Under the pieces are notes generated by a model. The model saw nothing but the letters and a program-made list of their open reading frames with translations, was not told the DNA's origin and searched no databases. Both the position numbers and the translations under genes were made by a program. From a virus (lineage: Duplodnaviria; Caudoviricetes), in IMG/VR virus record IMGVR_UViG_3300029288_005873, positions 1 to 64,000 of that record: a DNA stretch of 64,000 bases; one strand, 5' to 3'. Below are positions 1 to 9,947 of the stretch, piece by piece (the stretch's first letter is position 1; each line of letters opens with the position of its first letter).

Positions 1-1
1 A

Positions 2-1552
2 AAGAACTAGAAAACGATAGACACTCATCTTTACCAAAGACTGTCTATCGTTTTCTAGTTCTTTTTCTAGTTCGAGTACCTTGGTTCTTCCTCCATCATC
101 CGTACTTTCTTGGATAAGAGCCTTTTTTGTTTTAAGGTCCTGCCACTCCTGAACAAGCTTCTCAAGTTCTTTCTCAAGAGCTGAGCACCATGAGGTCAGT
201 TGCTCAATTTGTCTCTTCATTTGTAGAACAGTTGTGTCAAGATGGTCAAGCAAAGAAGCCGAAGCATTGGCTTTTGCCAAAATCCTCTCCTGACGAGATA
301 CGGTCTTCATAAGCTCGTTAGCGAGTATTTCAGATTCTCGTTTAGTATTCTCTAGGAATTTGATTCTTTTTTTTCGTTCCCGTATAACCTTATCTAAATC
401 TTCCAGGATAGATAGGCACGTTGGACATTTCTTTCCAGGTTCCAAAGCAATCAGTTGATTCAACTGAAGTATAGCATCATCTCTACTACGTTTATGCCTA
501 TCGAGCTCATCTTTATCATGACTTAGTTTGTCACAAAACACAACAAGGGATGGCAATTTGCGCGCTGTGGTTAAACGTCTAAATATGTCCTCAGCCTTTT
601 CTCTCTCAGGGTGACCTGACACAACAAGTACATCATGAACGCATTCGGACAAACGTTTCTCAGCACTATCCAAATCGACCTTAGTTTTTTCAAGATCTTT
701 CCTAAATCCAGAAATCTTATCAACTATTGTCTTTTTTCGTCCCTTGATGGTGGCAGCACGAGACATAATCTCTGCCATACGACTTTCGACTGTTTCAGAG
801 GACGGCAAAATGGACGGCATCTTGGCACGAATTTCTTCGAGTTTTTGGCTTTTTCTGGAAATGCCCTCCTTAGTCTCGGAAATCTTAGTCTCCAAACCTT
901 TCATTGCCGCATCTATAGATGTTTTCTCCGAATCTAAATTGCCAAAAGACTTTATACGATCATCCAGCGATACAATCTGAACAGATAAACGACGCGAGAT
1001 TTCCTTAGCTTTCTCCTGATACTTATCCCAAATCTCTATATTTAAGCTTTCCTTAAGCGTATCCTTTTTCTGGCTAGCAGTTGCAGATACAAACTGAAGA
1101 ATCTCATTCTGCTTAAAATATCTGGAGTTTACAAATGTATCATGCCCAAGCTTAATAAGCCCTTCTATTTTTTCGCCAGTCTGTGTAGTTGTGTCGCAGG
1201 AAAGATCCCTCCAGCCCGTCCCTTCCTTTATAAGAAGAGATACCTCACTGGAAGCTGCCCTCTGACTCATCTTCCTAATCACTTTATAAGTATCATCATC
1301 CAGCTGGAAGACAAATGTCACAGAACATGTATCTTTTCCACGCTTTATTACGCGCTTCTTAATCCTGAAACGACATTTGCCATAAAGAACCCACCTAATG
1401 GCATCAAACAATGCCGTTTTGCCTATGCCATTTGATGTATCAGGATCATCATTCTCCATACCAACCACAAGTGCTAAATCGAATCGAGTAAAATCCAATT
1501 CCGATCTAGCATGAGACATGAAGTTCTCAAGTAAAAGATAAAGTGGGATCAT
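2..1552 (-). CDS. sbcC: SbcC/Rad50-like (T4 gp46-like) SMC ATPase, 3'-truncated by window edge
   Basis: Not in ORF track (no stop in window). Manual translation MIPLYLLLENFMSH...SNGIGKTALFDAIRWVLYG (Walker A), long coiled coil, CPTC zinc hook; ATG overlaps sbcD stop (TGATG). Confidence 0.9.
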   Translation of the reverse strand, partial: MIPLYLLLENFMSHARSELDFTRFDLALVVGMENDDPDTSNGIGKTALFDAIRWVLYGKCRFRIKKRVIKRGKDTCSVTFVFQLDDDTYKVIRKMSQRAASSEVSLLIKEGTGWRDLSCDTTTQTGEKIEGLIKLGHDTFVNSRYFKQNEILQFVSATASQKKDTLKESLNIEIWDKYQEKAKEISRRLSVQIVSLDDRIKSFGNLDSEKTSIDAAMKGLETKISETKEGISRKSQKLEEIRAKMPSILPSSETVESRMAEIMSRAATIKGRKKTIVDKISGFRKDLEKTKVDLDSAEKRLSECVHDVLVVSGHPEREKAEDIFRRLTTARKLPSLVVFCDKLSHDKDELDRHKRSRDDAILQLNQLIALEPGKKCPTCLSILEDLDKVIRERKKRIKFLENTKRESEILANELMKTVSRQERILAKANASASLLDHLDTTVLQMKRQIEQLTSWCSALEKELEKLVQEWQDLKTKKALIQESTDDGGRTKVLELEKELENDRQSLVKMSVYRFLVL

Positions 1553-2736
1553 CAGTTGCCTTCCATGATTTTGAATCCAGCTTTGCGCATCCCTTCGCGC
1601 AATTCCTGATCTTGAACATTTGCGTCAAGCCACTTTGTAAGAGCTGAATGAGGATCTGCTCTTTCAGTTATGGTTGAATCCCTAAGCTGACGTCTAGTTA
1701 TAACAGTAGAATGAACACCAACGCAATGGCTGACAGCCATATCCCGCAATATAAAGCGCAGAATTTCCGAAGTATCTAGAGCCTGGGCCGCATGCTCACC
1801 AACCATTATTTCAACTCGAACTATACCGTTTCCCATGATGTTCTTTGAACCATAATCTTGTAACCACTTTTTTATACTCTTCATCAGTCCTTCAGGACCT
1901 TCCAAAGACTTATCGATAACAAGATCATGTAACGGTTTCACAGGAAGGGAAACAAAATCCCATTTTAACGTATCCCCTTCCGTTTCAAACAGAGTAAAAA
2001 ATTTGGGCTGTTTAGACTCACCAAAATCCGTACGTTCCATTGATCCAACATGCATAATAAGGGGCTCAGTCGATAAAACCTGAAATTGATGGATATGCCC
2101 CATAACAACCGCATCAAAACCTTCGAATGTCGAAAAAGGCATAATGATATCAAAGACGGCATGGTCTTCCATTGGGCTACCATGACCACAAGCGCCTTGT
2201 AAAGTCATGTGCCCAATAAGTACTGTTGGATTATCATTATCTAGACTTTGGATTTCGTATTCTAGACTTTTTCTCAGGAAAGTTACAGCCTCCTCATTGG
2301 ACCAACATTGTAACATCTGTTTGGTTCTAAATGGAAGAAAAACCAAATTCATAGATGGACAGCAATATGTTCCTATATCATTGTATACATGTACAAATGG
2401 CAATTTTAGAAGGCGAAACTTATCCATCGTAGTAGCTTTATGTGCTCGTACTATGTCATGATTTCCAGCTACTATATGCGTATGTATTCCTAGGTCTGAG
2501 AGATGCGCCAGTTTTTCGGAAAATACAGCCATCTGCGAGGCCTCAGGTCTGCGATGTTCATATATATCCCCAGTTAGAGCAAGATGCTCAACCTCATGTT
2601 CAACCATGAAATCAACAACATGATCGAAAGTATCAGAATGGTCAATTAGCCTTGAGTTCAGCTGGCGGTATGGGTCTATTCTACCCAACGAATATCCGCC
2701 GCCGAGATGTAGATCTCCCAAAACAACCAGCTTCAT
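1552..2736 (-). CDS. sbcD: SbcD/Mre11-like nuclease subunit
   Basis: GDLHLG, GDIYE, GNHD, GH, MGHIH phosphoesterase motifs; adjacent to SbcC. Confidence 0.9.
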   Translation of the reverse strand: MKLVVLGDLHLGGGYSLGRIDPYRQLNSRLIDHSDTFDHVVDFMVEHEVEHLALTGDIYEHRRPEASQMAVFSEKLAHLSDLGIHTHIVAGNHDIVRAHKATTMDKFRLLKLPFVHVYNDIGTYCCPSMNLVFLPFRTKQMLQCWSNEEAVTFLRKSLEYEIQSLDNDNPTVLIGHMTLQGACGHGSPMEDHAVFDIIMPFSTFEGFDAVVMGHIHQFQVLSTEPLIMHVGSMERTDFGESKQPKFFTLFETEGDTLKWDFVSLPVKPLHDLVIDKSLEGPEGLMKSIKKWLQDYGSKNIMGNGIVRVEIMVGEHAAQALDTSEILRFILRDMAVSHCVGVHSTVITRRQLRDSTITERADPHSALTKWLDANVQDQELREGMRKAGFKIMEGN

Positions 2737-2744
2737 ATAGGCTC

Positions 2745-3773
2745 CTAATCCCAAAATGGTTTAACTTCATATTTGTTTGCGTCATCCCAATCGTCGTATC
2801 CATCTTTATGGGCATCTAGCAAATAACCGATTGGCGTGGTCGAACAATTTATTGCACTTCTTACCTTATGTCTAAGCTCCCATTCTGCCCAAGGAGGCTC
2901 ACATCTTTGATTGTAATCACTTACAAGCAGGTCAAAAGCATCATCCTCGTCCAAAGCAAAACCACAGACAAGCGCACGCGCAGCTAAGAAAGTAGCATTG
3001 TGACCTCCGTGACCAGAAATAGCTGGAGGCATTTTCGCAAGATAAGCGCGTGCCCTTTGGATAACCCATTCATTTAATGAGGCTCCCCATTCGTCGTCCG
3101 TAACTTTCTTTGATGGCGCCGTTGTACTAATCCTTGACGGTTTCTCCATCAAAGAACGCAAATTATCTGGCAAATCAGCTATGGGACTATCATCAACCAC
3201 AGAATACCTGCCAACAATTTCTCCACCACTATCTCGTTTAACACTACCTGGAATTAGAACATATCCGTGATGTTTTATATCTAAGTGAGGAAAACCACTA
3301 ATATTTCTCCTATAGGTTGCTTTTGGCTTAGCCATAAAATAGAAATGCATGCCACCATTTGTTCGCGGAGAACGAACACAGTATGTCTTTGGTAAATCTC
3401 CATATCGAGACGTAAAAGCATTGAGTTCATCTAAACTATCAGCATCAAGAACAAGCATTCCACTCATATCCAATGCTATTGCGGCATTTGGACTTTCGGT
3501 ACGTCTCCATGCCATAAGAAGCTTCAAAGCAGCTTCAGGCATTCCATTCGGCAATTGGTCTCCTCGAAAATAGTTCCAAACAACACGTGGGTCATTTGTA
3601 GCAAGTTTATATCCACCAAAACCAGGTTTTCCTATATCCTCTCCCTTGGCTGGCAGAGGACGTTTGCTATCTGGACATATTGGAAATATACACCCACCAC
3701 GGGCAAGGATGTCAGAAAGACCTTTCTCAAGCTCTGGTGCCAAAAATTCCCGCCCTAGGTTTTTGTGGTCCAT
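2745..3773 (-). CDS. Bifunctional DNA primase/polymerase (Prim-Pol) domain protein
   Basis: IFP...KRP, LVLDAD, GGMHFYF, DIK..GYVLIPGS motifs; helical C-terminal domain. Confidence 0.85.
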   Translation of the reverse strand: MDHKNLGREFLAPELEKGLSDILARGGCIFPICPDSKRPLPAKGEDIGKPGFGGYKLATNDPRVVWNYFRGDQLPNGMPEAALKLLMAWRRTESPNAAIALDMSGMLVLDADSLDELNAFTSRYGDLPKTYCVRSPRTNGGMHFYFMAKPKATYRRNISGFPHLDIKHHGYVLIPGSVKRDSGGEIVGRYSVVDDSPIADLPDNLRSLMEKPSRISTTAPSKKVTDDEWGASLNEWVIQRARAYLAKMPPAISGHGGHNATFLAARALVCGFALDEDDAFDLLVSDYNQRCEPPWAEWELRHKVRSAINCSTTPIGYLLDAHKDGYDDWDDANKYEVKPFWD

Positions 3774-4822
3774 AATCGCCTCCACCATGATTGGTTCGAC
3801 GCATTGTTTTTTACATTTAGCATTATATCTGGCTCAGATAGATATGCGCCTTTTAGACGCACAAAACGAAAACCTGGACAGTCCAATATTGCATCGCCTT
3901 TCCCTGTCAAACGCTCTGCCCCATTCCTATCAAGCACAACGCGACTATCTACTGCCGAACTAACCTGACAGCTCATCCTTGATGGGAAATTTGCCTTTAT
4001 CAGTCCCGTAACTACATCGGCAGATGGACGCTGAGTAGCAATCACAATATGAATTCCGCACGCTCTTGATTTCTGCGCTAAACGACATATTATATCCTGC
4101 GCCATTTTTTTCGAAGCCATCATCAGATCAGCGAACTCATCAACCACAACAACTATGCGCGACATTGATCCACGATATTGTAAAATATCCCTACATCTTG
4201 CTTTCTGAAGACGACTAAAGCGCATTTCCATCTCTTTCACAAGATTTCCCAAAAGCTCAACCGAAGATTCTGGATCGCGTGCTATTGGCGCATACAACTG
4301 CTGAATTCCAGCATAATGTGAGAACTCTATCTTCTTTGGATCTATAAGGGCGAGACGAACTTGAGATTTACACAGAATCATGCTGTTGATAATCGCATGT
4401 AAAGCCATCGACTTTCCTGAACCTGTAGTTCCAGCTACAAGTAAATGAGGCATCTGTACAAGATCGGCAACAAGCTTTTTTCCATTACGCACGGTTCCCA
4501 TTGCCATTGGCAAAATAAGCTTATCGTCAAGAAATTCCTTAGAAGTTGCTACATCTAAGAATGGTACGGCACCTTGGTCTTCCATCATGAATTCCAACCT
4601 AATAATGCCTTCGGATGGAATTGGACATATTATGGGTTCGGCATAAGCCCTCATAATTAGGGCTATTTCCATACTATGTCGCTCTATTTGTCTAACCTTT
4701 CCTCCAGGCTCCAAAACTATATCGCATACAAGAAATGCGCCTTCGCGTTTGTACTTCTTAACTTTTGCCTTTATCTTAAGCTGGCGCAATATGCCATCTA
4801 GGGTGACTCCGGGGTCGGTCAT
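3755..4822 (-). CDS. ftsK: FtsK/SpoIIIE-family ATPase (motor domain only)
   Basis: PHLLVAGTTGSGKS, LIDPK, VVDEFADLM, ATQRPS, GAERLTGKGD. Confidence 0.92.
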   Translation of the reverse strand: MTDPGVTLDGILRQLKIKAKVKKYKREGAFLVCDIVLEPGGKVRQIERHSMEIALIMRAYAEPIICPIPSEGIIRLEFMMEDQGAVPFLDVATSKEFLDDKLILPMAMGTVRNGKKLVADLVQMPHLLVAGTTGSGKSMALHAIINSMILCKSQVRLALIDPKKIEFSHYAGIQQLYAPIARDPESSVELLGNLVKEMEMRFSRLQKARCRDILQYRGSMSRIVVVVDEFADLMMASKKMAQDIICRLAQKSRACGIHIVIATQRPSADVVTGLIKANFPSRMSCQVSSAVDSRVVLDRNGAERLTGKGDAILDCPGFRFVRLKGAYLSEPDIMLNVKNNASNQSWWRRLWTTKT

Positions 4823-5001
4823 TCACTACTCCTAGGAATGTCTTTCAGAAGTCTTCTACACAGATCCACTAAATGCCTATGGATGAGTTTCGCTACCTCA
4901 TCATCAGTTCTGTGATATTTTCTGTAAAGCTCCTGATATGTAGCATATTCCTTGTCCATCTCCTCCAGCACGGATGAGATGACAGATACTGCATCAGCCA
5001 T
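4819..5001 (-). CDS. Hypothetical protein
   Basis: Tightly packed ORF in minus-strand run. Confidence 0.6.
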   Translation of the reverse strand: MADAVSVISSVLEEMDKEYATYQELYRKYHRTDDEVAKLIHRHLVDLCRRLLKDIPRSSE

Positions 5002-5470
5002 GCTTTTCCACAACCTCACGTAAGGCTTTAAGTTCGCGTCTTAATTGATCAATCTCATAGGCAAGGCGATTTCCAGCATCACGTAACGATAAACCTTGGC
5101 GAACAGCCAGCACTGCCATGCCGAGAAGTCCCTCTCCAGGACTAAGAGCTTCCATTGCAATAGCTGCCGTGACAAGATTAGAGACAATTGAACGCTCCTC
5201 CTCATCATCTTTCATCGATCTGTTCTCGGGCAGAACCTGGTAATTCATAAGACGATTTATTCCCTTTATCGCTTCTATAAGTTTTTCTTTTGCTCGACTA
5301 TTTTCGATAACAATTTTTGCCGCATCTTCAGATGGCGGGGGAATATCTTGCCATGGAGGAAGTACATCCTTTACAATTCTTGTAGGTCCAGCTGGCGCAG
5401 GAGCAACAGTTTTACGTGTTGTCTTTACACCTCTTGCTGGTCTAATCTCGTCAAGACTTTTGTTTCTCAT
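4994..5470 (-). CDS. Hypothetical protein
   Basis: ORF in gene run, GGAGG upstream. Confidence 0.7.
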   Translation of the reverse strand: MRNKSLDEIRPARGVKTTRKTVAPAPAGPTRIVKDVLPPWQDIPPPSEDAAKIVIENSRAKEKLIEAIKGINRLMNYQVLPENRSMKDDEEERSIVSNLVTAAIAMEALSPGEGLLGMAVLAVRQGLSLRDAGNRLAYEIDQLRRELKALREVVEKHG

Positions 5471-6011
5471 TTGGCGACCTCCCAACTATTTCCTGTAATA
5501 CTGGAATATGCTCATCCATTCGTTCACATTTGTCGCATGGTCCTCCGTGCGAAAATCCATACATATGGCTATCTGAGAAAACACGGAATATACAGGCAAG
5601 ACGACAGACATGTTGCCGCATGTCCGAGCAAAAGAAAAAATCAGCCCCTATCTTATCCGATATCTTGGCAGCATAAGATTCATCCAAAGCCTCTTTAAGA
5701 GTAGTCCTCTGCTCACGCCATTCTTGAACCTGCTGACGCTCGGTTCTTCTTCTTAGACGGTCCTGATGAAGACGTTCCTTTGCCGCTCTACGCTCCTCTC
5801 GCTCACGCTCTTTTTGTCTGGCAGTCATCTGCCATTCTCTATCGGTGCGCGAAAGCTTACGCACCAATGACCATGCGATTGGGGGCGGTATATCAGGCAA
5901 TCGTTTAGATATTGTAGTCAGGAACTCTCGGCGATTGGCAGAAGCTTTCCAGCATTCATGTAATACAGTCAGCTGCGCCTTAGACCACGGCAATTTTTTC
6001 TTGCGCGCCAT
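5451..6011 (-). CDS. Hypothetical protein (coiled coil, Cys-rich C-terminus)
   Basis: 186-aa ORF in gene run. Confidence 0.7.
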   Translation of the reverse strand: MARKKKLPWSKAQLTVLHECWKASANRREFLTTISKRLPDIPPPIAWSLVRKLSRTDREWQMTARQKEREREERRAAKERLHQDRLRRRTERQQVQEWREQRTTLKEALDESYAAKISDKIGADFFFCSDMRQHVCRLACIFRVFSDSHMYGFSHGGPCDKCERMDEHIPVLQEIVGRSPNEKQKS

Positions 6012-6029
6012 TTTGGAAACCTTTCGTTT

Positions 6030-6476
6030 TTAGATCTGATTAGCGGACAATCTGGCATTAATGTCTCTCTCCAATTGCTTCCATAGGAGATCATTCAAGT
6101 GTTCAGGATCTGCCTCACCAATAATATCACATCCTATCACATGAAGTAACTCATGAATAAACGCACTACGAGACAATTTTCCGCGCCAGGCAACAAGGCA
6201 CAATGTCCCAATGGTCAACCCGCTATATATTACATCATCATACACAACTACTGTATTCAATTCGCCGGTGGAAGGGCGTGGTGCGATTTTATCCCACCAT
6301 TCTACAGTTATTGTAGATAATGATTTCTCCACTGCAGCTTTATCAAAAACCTTTGCGCATTCCTCGATAAAAAAGGTAAGTGCGCGATTATATGTTTCAA
6401 GACTAGGAAGACTTGGAACATTGTTTGGCTTAATAACAAGACCAGAGGAAGTTTTCACTTTTCTGCTCCAGCACAT
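6030..6476 (-). CDS. Hypothetical protein with HExxH motif (possible zinc metallopeptidase)
   Basis: AFIHELLH plus downstream His. Confidence 0.55.
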   Translation of the reverse strand: MCWSRKVKTSSGLVIKPNNVPSLPSLETYNRALTFFIEECAKVFDKAAVEKSLSTITVEWWDKIAPRPSTGELNTVVVYDDVIYSGLTIGTLCLVAWRGKLSRSAFIHELLHVIGCDIIGEADPEHLNDLLWKQLERDINARLSANQI

Positions 6477-6480
6477 ACTT

Positions 6481-7035
6481 TCACCTCACAGGCTCTACTT
6501 TACAATCGAAAGTTTCGTTACAACCACCAGAACAGCGTCTAAAACCACGAACCATTAGCTTAGCTTCCGACTTTGACTTAATTATCTGTGGTATGCTTTC
6601 ACCAAAAAGAGGACCATCGGAAAAATGACACACCACCTTAATTTTGGTATCTTTACATGATGTGTTGCGCACAACAAAAGTCAAGGCAAAAAGATCTGGA
6701 ACATTACCAGATGGTTTCTGAACAGCCCAAAAGTCTACAATTATTACCTGACCTTGCTGTATCGGAGTGTTACTAACCTTTGGCTCAACCTGAGGTTTTG
6801 CCTCAATCTTAGGTTCCACTTTTGGCTCAACTTTGGGTTCGTTCGCCTTGGGTGTTGTATCTAGCGGAACAATCTTCGTTACAGGGGGTAAAACCTTTGG
6901 AGATTTCATGGTCTGCGGTTTCTTTGGCTCAACCTGAATAATTGGAGTTTGGTCTGTCGCAATGGGAGTTTTTGATCCACATGCGGAACAAACAAATAGT
7001 ACAGTCATAAACACAACAAAAAACAACCTCTTCAT
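6481..7035 (-). CDS. Putative lipoprotein with EPKV repeats
   Basis: Signal peptide MKRLFF...CSACGS; Pro/Lys-rich linker; GGAGG upstream. Confidence 0.65.
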   Translation of the reverse strand: MKRLFFVVFMTVLFVCSACGSKTPIATDQTPIIQVEPKKPQTMKSPKVLPPVTKIVPLDTTPKANEPKVEPKVEPKIEAKPQVEPKVSNTPIQQGQVIIVDFWAVQKPSGNVPDLFALTFVVRNTSCKDTKIKVVCHFSDGPLFGESIPQIIKSKSEAKLMVRGFRRCSGGCNETFDCKVEPVR

Positions 7036-7036
7036 T

Positions 7037-8176
7037 TTACCCTCCATTGTTTGCTTTGTCAAGCGCATGCTCTATCGCCTCTACAGCCCTGACTATTTCA
7101 TCCTCGGTATTAAACCTTCCTACACAAACTCTCACAGTCCGTAACGCTGTATCATCATCTATTCCCATGGCAGAAAGTACATGGGATTTTCCACTGTTAG
7201 ACATACAAGCACTTCCAAGAGAAAGTGACACATTATCGGATATAAATGCCATAAATGCATTCATATCTTTACAAGGTAGGTAAAAACTAGATGTACCAGG
7301 TAACCTATTTTTTCCACCATGGAAACCAACTCCACATATGGCGCTAGACAAGCGCTGCTCAAATATATCCCTCAGGGACGAAATTCGCACCGTCTCCAAA
7401 CATATTTCATCCTTCGCAATGGCGCAAGCTTTTCCAAACCCAACAATAGCTGGCACATTTAATGTTCCACTGCGAATTCCCCGTTCTTGACCACCACCAT
7501 GTAGAAGAGGCGTCAAAAGTCGTGATACATCATCGCGTATATACAATGCTCCAATACCTTTGGGACCGTACATTTTATGTGATGAGAATGAGGCAAAATG
7601 TACACCAAGTGCCTCAAGGTTTACTGGGATTTTTCCAAGGGCCTGCGCCATGTCAGAATGAATGAAACCACTGCCATACTTATGCTGTATATGTCTTACA
7701 ACATCGGCAACAGGTTGGATCGTACCGACTTCATTATTTGCCAACATAATCGATACAAGATCATCAGCTGACATGATGAAATCAGCAATTTCTCTAGGAT
7801 CAATAACTCCATTGACATCTGGTTCGACAACTGATATGCGCCGCTTTGATTTGGCGCCTAGCCATGTACATGGTACAATAATAGACTTGTGCTCAATAGA
7901 TGTGGTTATAATTCCACTATCAAGCCCCTTAAGGACCATATTGTTTGATTCAGTAGCTCCAGATGTAAATATAATTTCTGAATGACAAGCTCCCACAAGA
8001 GAAGCAACTTGTGTACGAGCGGTTTCAACAGCTTCTTCAGCTCGCCAGCCGTGCTGATGGGATCGGCTGGCTGGATTTCCATATTCTTCGCGCAACCATG
8101 GATCCATCGCCTCAAGCACACGTGGATCAATCATTGTTGTGGCATGATTGTCTAAATAGATTGGTCTAGTAGTCAA
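7037..8176 (-). CDS. iscS: Cysteine desulfurase (IscS/NifS group I), TTG start
   Basis: YLDNHATT, FTSGATESNN, SSHKMYGPKG (PLP Lys), RSGTLNVP, GSAC catalytic Cys. Confidence 0.95.
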   Translation of the reverse strand: MTTRPIYLDNHATTMIDPRVLEAMDPWLREEYGNPASRSHQHGWRAEEAVETARTQVASLVGACHSEIIFTSGATESNNMVLKGLDSGIITTSIEHKSIIVPCTWLGAKSKRRISVVEPDVNGVIDPREIADFIMSADDLVSIMLANNEVGTIQPVADVVRHIQHKYGSGFIHSDMAQALGKIPVNLEALGVHFASFSSHKMYGPKGIGALYIRDDVSRLLTPLLHGGGQERGIRSGTLNVPAIVGFGKACAIAKDEICLETVRISSLRDIFEQRLSSAICGVGFHGGKNRLPGTSSFYLPCKDMNAFMAFISDNVSLSLGSACMSNSGKSHVLSAMGIDDDTALRTVRVCVGRFNTEDEIVRAVEAIEHALDKANNGG

Positions 8177-8177
8177 A

Positions 8178-9860
8178 TTATAGATCCCATACGTCTAGTC
8201 TAGCATTAGCTATAGTTGTAGAAAATGTTATTGTCCCAGATCCGTTCCTTTGAGCTCCAAGTAAAAAAGACCAGTTTGCTGGAGAGCCAACAGCTTCTGT
8301 TGCCAGATTATTAGATGTACCAGAGTTCACAAAACCAAGGCAAACCATATCCTTCAGATCTGGCCAAGTTCCTCCCCAAGTACCAGCATAAACATTAGCA
8401 TGATATGCTGGTAAGCTAGAAATCTCAATCATATAAACATCTCTTGCGCCAACTCCAGTTGATCCAAATACACCTGTACGATCAATATTGTTAAAAGTGC
8501 TCCCAATAAATGGCTTAACACCACCAGAATATGCTTTACCAATATCATACCAACAATTTAATATTGCAACATTCTCTACACCAAGTACAGTTCCATCATA
8601 AGCAGCAGTCCAATTTCCATCTGATATATAGAACCAAGCTCTAAGATGAGACCCGAGACTAAAACTTGGATCTAGCACAGATATGTTGGTTAATATAGCA
8701 GGAAGCGTTCTGGTTACTCCAAGATATGCTGTCGTTTGAGCTGGTTGAATAATCAAACCAGAACCACTTGTTAAAGCCATCGCTACACGATCATTTGCTG
8801 AATTTATCTTCGTCCATGTTACTCCAGCAATAGTATAATCACCATCAACGTTAAGAGTTTGACTAGGCTGAGCACTAAAGTTTACATCTAATATTGTCAC
8901 AAAACCGCCAGCACCAGCGGGAGTACTGAAATATCCATCCCCATTAAGATAATGCGTACTATATCCATCAAGCTGTGGACAAAGACCCCTTGCTGAAATG
9001 CTAGTTGTCGGAATTTGATCAGATCCACTCACATGTGAACTTTGATGAGCAGTAGGATATCTATCATCTGAAAGTCTTGAATCATTACCTTCACAAACGG
9101 TATTTGCCGAAACGCCATATGAGGTTTCTTCCCAACCTGTATTTCCAGTATTGCGTTTTAGAAAACCATCACCCGTCTTCGCTGGGAGCGCATCCCCCTG
9201 AAGCACAGATACGTCAAGATTTCCATCTTTCGTTATCTGTACGACAGCTCCACTATCATCCATCCAGAAAAGCTCCGTGTCTCCACCATCATCCTTGGCG
9301 TACACAAAACCCTTATCAGATACTAGTGTCGGATTAGTAATTTCCCCAAGTCGTAGAGCCCCTTCGTTATCCAGTCCTCCAAGGTTCGTAATTTTGCGGG
9401 TGCCCCAATTTATGTCCGAAGTTGGTTGGTTTGTACCATTTCTCTTCAAATTTAGAGAAGCATCTGTATCTACAGAATCTATCATTGCCTGCTGCGCAGC
9501 AGACCAACCATCTAAGGAATCGAATTCCTTCCTTTCAGAGGTTGCAGGTTTGCGTATGCCTAGGAAAGAGGTCTTAACAGCTCCAATCCTAGTATCTGTA
9601 GCAGGATCCTCATCAAGCGTGAGTTTGATAAGGTAAGACCCTGTAACATCAGGAACAAAGGAGGCAGTGGGTAGAGCTGAACCAGATATTGTAGCTGATG
9701 ACCCTACAGGACGTGAAAGCATTTCCCATGTCCATGTTGTCACTCCAGTATTGTCATAATTTGTCAACACTACGGTAACGCCTATAGCAAGGTCATCTCT
9801 ACTGACGCTTGGAAGACCAGCGGGCTTTCCTGCTTGATTTATGATGATTGAAGCTGCCAT
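8178..9860 (-). CDS. Probable virion structural/fibre protein with N-terminal PKD-like Ig domain
   Basis: WTWEM...FVPDVTGSYLIKLT; GNDSRLSD motif; Gly/Thr-rich beta C-terminus; paralog of next gene. Confidence 0.6.
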   Translation of the reverse strand: MAASIIINQAGKPAGLPSVSRDDLAIGVTVVLTNYDNTGVTTWTWEMLSRPVGSSATISGSALPTASFVPDVTGSYLIKLTLDEDPATDTRIGAVKTSFLGIRKPATSERKEFDSLDGWSAAQQAMIDSVDTDASLNLKRNGTNQPTSDINWGTRKITNLGGLDNEGALRLGEITNPTLVSDKGFVYAKDDGGDTELFWMDDSGAVVQITKDGNLDVSVLQGDALPAKTGDGFLKRNTGNTGWEETSYGVSANTVCEGNDSRLSDDRYPTAHQSSHVSGSDQIPTTSISARGLCPQLDGYSTHYLNGDGYFSTPAGAGGFVTILDVNFSAQPSQTLNVDGDYTIAGVTWTKINSANDRVAMALTSGSGLIIQPAQTTAYLGVTRTLPAILTNISVLDPSFSLGSHLRAWFYISDGNWTAAYDGTVLGVENVAILNCWYDIGKAYSGGVKPFIGSTFNNIDRTGVFGSTGVGARDVYMIEISSLPAYHANVYAGTWGGTWPDLKDMVCLGFVNSGTSNNLATEAVGSPANWSFLLGAQRNGSGTITFSTTIANARLDVWDL

Positions 9861-9947
9861 ACAAAACGTACCTCCAGAATGGCTAAGTCATTTTCTATGC
9901 GTAATAATTGATAGAATACGCATAGCACCATTCTGATACCTAGATGC

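Noticed and set aside
1-64. Perfect 23-bp inverted repeat (1-23 / 42-64) at the window start
   Set aside because: It lies inside sbcC, which still lacks its C-terminal ATPase half; most likely a fold-back read artefact at a contig end, not a hairpin telomere or terminator.
6770-6850. Short tandem repeats as a CRISPR-like array
   Set aside because: They are in-frame EPKV coding repeats in a lipoprotein linker; I saw no repeat-spacer array anywhere in the window.
7037-8176. IscS as DndA of a phosphorothioate system
   Set aside because: No dndBCDE or ssp genes in the window.
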